Shown here: one piece after another, positions 61,475 through 64,000 of the stretch
How positions within the stretch are numbered: the stretch's first letter is position 1
Layout of the letters: every line of letters begins with the position of its first letter
Assembly (NCBI GenBank): GCA_963667465.2
Contig: CAXXDN010000002.1
Location: 928,001-992,000, forward strand
DNA length: 64,000 nucleotides
Reading direction: 5' to 3'
DNA from: Dehalococcoidia bacterium
GTDB lineage: Bacteria; Chloroflexota; Dehalococcoidia; UBA2979
The notes under the pieces: generated by a model
Told to the model about the DNA's origin: nothing
Databases searched by the model: none
The model's input: the letters and a program-made list of their open reading frames with translations, nothing else
Translations under genes and position numbers: made by a program

Positions 61475-63235
61475 CTAGTTCCCGTAGGTCCGCTCAGCCG
61501 GCGGCCAGTTGGTGATCGTCACATCCGAGTACTCGATGCGTGGTGTGTCTTCCGTACGGTACGCCAGCGAGTGCTTGAGGAACTGCTCGTCGTCGCGCTC
61601 CGGGTGGTCCGTGCGCTGGTGCGAGCCTCGCGACTCCGTGCGCGCCAGCGCGGAGTGCGCTACCGCCTCGCCGACATCGAGCAGGAACTCGAGCTCGAGG
61701 GCGGCCGTCAGTTCGGTGTTGAAGCTCGCGCTGTGGTCGTCGAGAACGAGGTTCGAGGCGCGCTCCTTGAGCTCGGCCACCTTCTGCGTGGTCGCCTCGA
61801 GGCCGGCGTGCTCGCGGTAGACGCCGGCGCCCTCCTCCATCGTCGAGTTGAGCTCGCGGCGGATCGCGGCGATGCGCTCGCCGCCCTCGCGCGGCTGCAG
61901 GAAGCGCTCGGTGATGCGCGCCTGCTCGTCGGCGGCCTGTGTCTCGATCGAGGCACTGTCGAACTCGGGGTGCTCCTGTGCCCAGACGGCGGCGGAGTGG
62001 CCGGCGTTGCGGCCGAAGACGAGCAGCTCGGTCAGCGAGTTCGAGCCGAGGCGGTTCGCGCCGTTGATGCTGACGCAGGCGCACTCGCCGGCGGCGTAGA
62101 GGCCGGGCAGGCTTGTCGCCCCGTTCGTGTCGGTGTGGATCCCGCCCATCATGTAGTGCACCACCGGGCGCACCGGGATCGGCTCATGGACGGGGTCGAT
62201 GCCGGCGTAGTTCTTCGCCAGCTCGCGTACGAAGGGAATGCGCTCCTCGATCAGTTTTTCGCCGAGGTGACGGACATCGAGGTGGGTGTACGTCCCGTAG
62301 TCGCCCTCGAAGACGCGGCCGGCGGCCTGCTCCTTCATGAATGCCTGCGAAAGCTTGTCGCGCGGGCCCAGCTCCATCGTACGCAGCTGCGGGTGGCGCG
62401 GGTCCGTGATCTCGACCGGCTCCCCGAGGTTGTAGTCCTGCAGGTAGCGCTGGCCCTCGGTATTGACGAGGATGCCGCCCTCGCCCCGGGCCGCCTCGGT
62501 GATGAGGATGCCGGTGCCGGGCAGGCCGGTCGGGTGGTACTGGACGAACTCCATGTCCTTGAGGGCGACGCCGGCGCGGTAGGCCATCGACATGCCGTCG
62601 CCGGTCTTGATCGCGGCGTTGGTAGTGAAGGGGAAGACCCGGCCGCCGCCGCCGGTGCACATGATCACCGCCTTCGCCTTGATCGCGTGCATCTTGCCGG
62701 TGCGCAACTCGATCGCCGCGACGCCCTGGCAGCGCCCGTCCTCGACGAGCAGCCGCGTCGCGAACCACTCGTCGTAGCGCTTGACCTGCGTGTACTTGAG
62801 CGAGGTCTGGAACAGCGCATGCAGCATGTGGAAGCCGGTCTTGTCGGCCGCGTACCACGTGCGGCGGATGCGCATCCCGCCGAAGGGGCGGACGGCGACA
62901 CTGCCATCCTCCTCGCGGCTCCACGGGCAGCCCCAATGCTCGAGCTGGATCATCTCGCCAGGGGCCTCGTTGACGAAGAGCTCGACGGCGTCCTGGTCGG
63001 CGAGCCAGTCGGCGCCGCTGATGGTGTCGTGGATGTGCTCCTCAAGGGAGTCGTTGTCCTTGATCACGGCCGCGGCGCCGCCCTCGGCGGAGACCGTGTG
63101 GCTGCGCATCGGGTAGACCTTGGAGACCATCGCGATGTCGAGGTCGGGGTAAGCCTCGGCTGCGGCGATGACGGCGCGCAGGCCGGCTCCGCCGCCGCCA
63201 ACGATGAGCAGGTCGTGCTGGAGATCGTCGGCCAC
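61475..63235 (-). CDS. frdA: Fumarate reductase flavoprotein subunit
   Basis: [33 protein letters not shown] and [10 protein letters not shown] motifs; GTG 63235 follows GAGGGG. Confidence 0.93.
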   Translation of the reverse strand: MADDLQHDLLIVGGGGAGLRAVIAAAEAYPDLDIAMVSKVYPMRSHTVSAEGGAAAVIKDNDSLEEHIHDTISGADWLADQDAVELFVNEAPGEMIQLEHWGCPWSREEDGSVAVRPFGGMRIRRTWYAADKTGFHMLHALFQTSLKYTQVKRYDEWFATRLLVEDGRCQGVAAIELRTGKMHAIKAKAVIMCTGGGGRVFPFTTNAAIKTGDGMSMAYRAGVALKDMEFVQYHPTGLPGTGILITEAARGEGGILVNTEGQRYLQDYNLGEPVEITDPRHPQLRTMELGPRDKLSQAFMKEQAAGRVFEGDYGTYTHLDVRHLGEKLIEERIPFVRELAKNYAGIDPVHEPIPVRPVVHYMMGGIHTDTNGATSLPGLYAAGECACVSINGANRLGSNSLTELLVFGRNAGHSAAVWAQEHPEFDSASIETQAADEQARITERFLQPREGGERIAAIRRELNSTMEEGAGVYREHAGLEATTQKVAELKERASNLVLDDHSASFNTELTAALELEFLLDVGEAVAHSALARTESRGSHQRTDHPERDDEQFLKHSLAYRTEDTPRIEYSDVTITNWPPAERTYGN

Positions 63236-63333
63236 TGCGCCCCTCAATCCCGTCGGCCGTGCCCCCGCGCGGCGTCAGCCGGAGCGGCAGCGTTCACTAT
63301 TCCCGTGGCCGGGGTCATGGTCAAGCGGACGGA

Positions 63334-63894
63334 TTAGCCCGCGGCGCTATCGTCGCCGCACAGCTGAAGGCCGTAGAGGTGACGCGCGATGATCGTCTTC
63401 GCGTCCTCAATCCGTCCCTCGGCGATCGCGGCGTCGAGTTCCTCGAGCGTGACGGCGATCGGCGCGCCCAGATCTTCCTCGTCGCCGGTGTCGAGGGGCG
63501 CCTCGAACAGCCCCGTCGCGAGGTAGATGTCGATGTACTCGGTTGTGAACCCCGGCGCCATCCACGCGCCTCCGAGGCGCACGATCGACTCGGCGTCGTA
63601 GCCGGTCTCCTCGCGCAGTTCGCGGTGCGCGGTGACGTCCGGCGGCTCGCCTGGCTCGCGCGTTCCCGCGGGCACCTCGAGCAGGCGCTGCCGCGCGCCG
63701 TGGCGGTACTGCTCGACGAGCAGCAGCCGGCCGTCGTCGAGTCGTGCGAGGAGCGCGACCGCGCCGGGATGCACGACGGTCTCACGCGCCCCCCCGGAAC
63801 CGTCGGGGAAGCGCAGCCGCGCCTCGTCGACAGCGAAGAGCGCGCCCTCGTAGGCGCGCTCGTTGCTCAGGACCGCGGGCAGCTCTTCGCTCAC
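63334..63894 (-). CDS. NUDIX hydrolase (ADP-ribose pyrophosphatase-like)
   Basis: HPGAV, QYRH, EVPAG..RELREETG and DAKT motifs. Confidence 0.92.
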   Translation of the reverse strand: MSEELPAVLSNERAYEGALFAVDEARLRFPDGSGGARETVVHPGAVALLARLDDGRLLLVEQYRHGARQRLLEVPAGTREPGEPPDVTAHRELREETGYDAESIVRLGGAWMAPGFTTEYIDIYLATGLFEAPLDTGDEEDLGAPIAVTLEELDAAIAEGRIEDAKTIIARHLYGLQLCGDDSAAG

Positions 63895-63901
63895 GCGGGC
63901 C

Positions 63902-64000
63902 TCAGGCCGTGCCCGGCGAGGGCAGGTCGAGCGTCATCGCGATCTCGTTGCAGCCCGGGAACTTGGGGCAGCGGTAGCACTCGTTCCAGACCTTGCGGGG
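63902..64000 (-). CDS. C-terminus of an ArgA-like GNAT N-acetyltransferase (partial)
   Basis: Minus strand reads [26 protein letters not shown]...*. Confidence 0.7.
   Translation of the reverse strand, partial: PRKVWNECYRCPKFPGCNEIAMTLDLPSPGTA

Overview
A very GC-rich bacterial chromosome segment. By gene content it is most likely Chloroflexota (Dehalococcoidia/Tepidiforma/SAR202-like); this is an inference. It carries housekeeping genes (recQ, HesB/IscA, gatB, yvcK, secG, fmt, rlmN, rplY, ilvA), four tRNAs (Trp-CCA, Leu-GAG, Cys-GCA, Leu-TAA) and a ~25 kb catabolic block between tRNA-Cys and tRNA-Leu(TAA) rich in class III CoA-transferases, hydratases and oxidoreductases. It ends in a TCA cluster (pccB-icd-mdh-fumC, convergent with frdABCD). 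Features the ORF track misses or splits: (1) a probable ~550-aa selenoprotein at 27891-29543, with an in-frame UGA in C-D-U-G-S-C and a SECIS-like hairpin, fusing a UGSC-type domain to a large uncharacterised domain, directly followed by an aldo/keto reductase; (2) a two-gene CBASS (CdnE-like cyclase plus Cap15-like effector) inserted between mdh and fumC; (3) three toxin-antitoxin modules, two of whose toxins show a single-base frameshift while the antitoxins are intact; (4) two paralogous 54/56-aa membrane microproteins behind frdD; (5) REP-like palindromic repeats next to gene remnants; and (6) several apparently leaderless genes. All assignments come from motif recognition by eye; no database searches were run.
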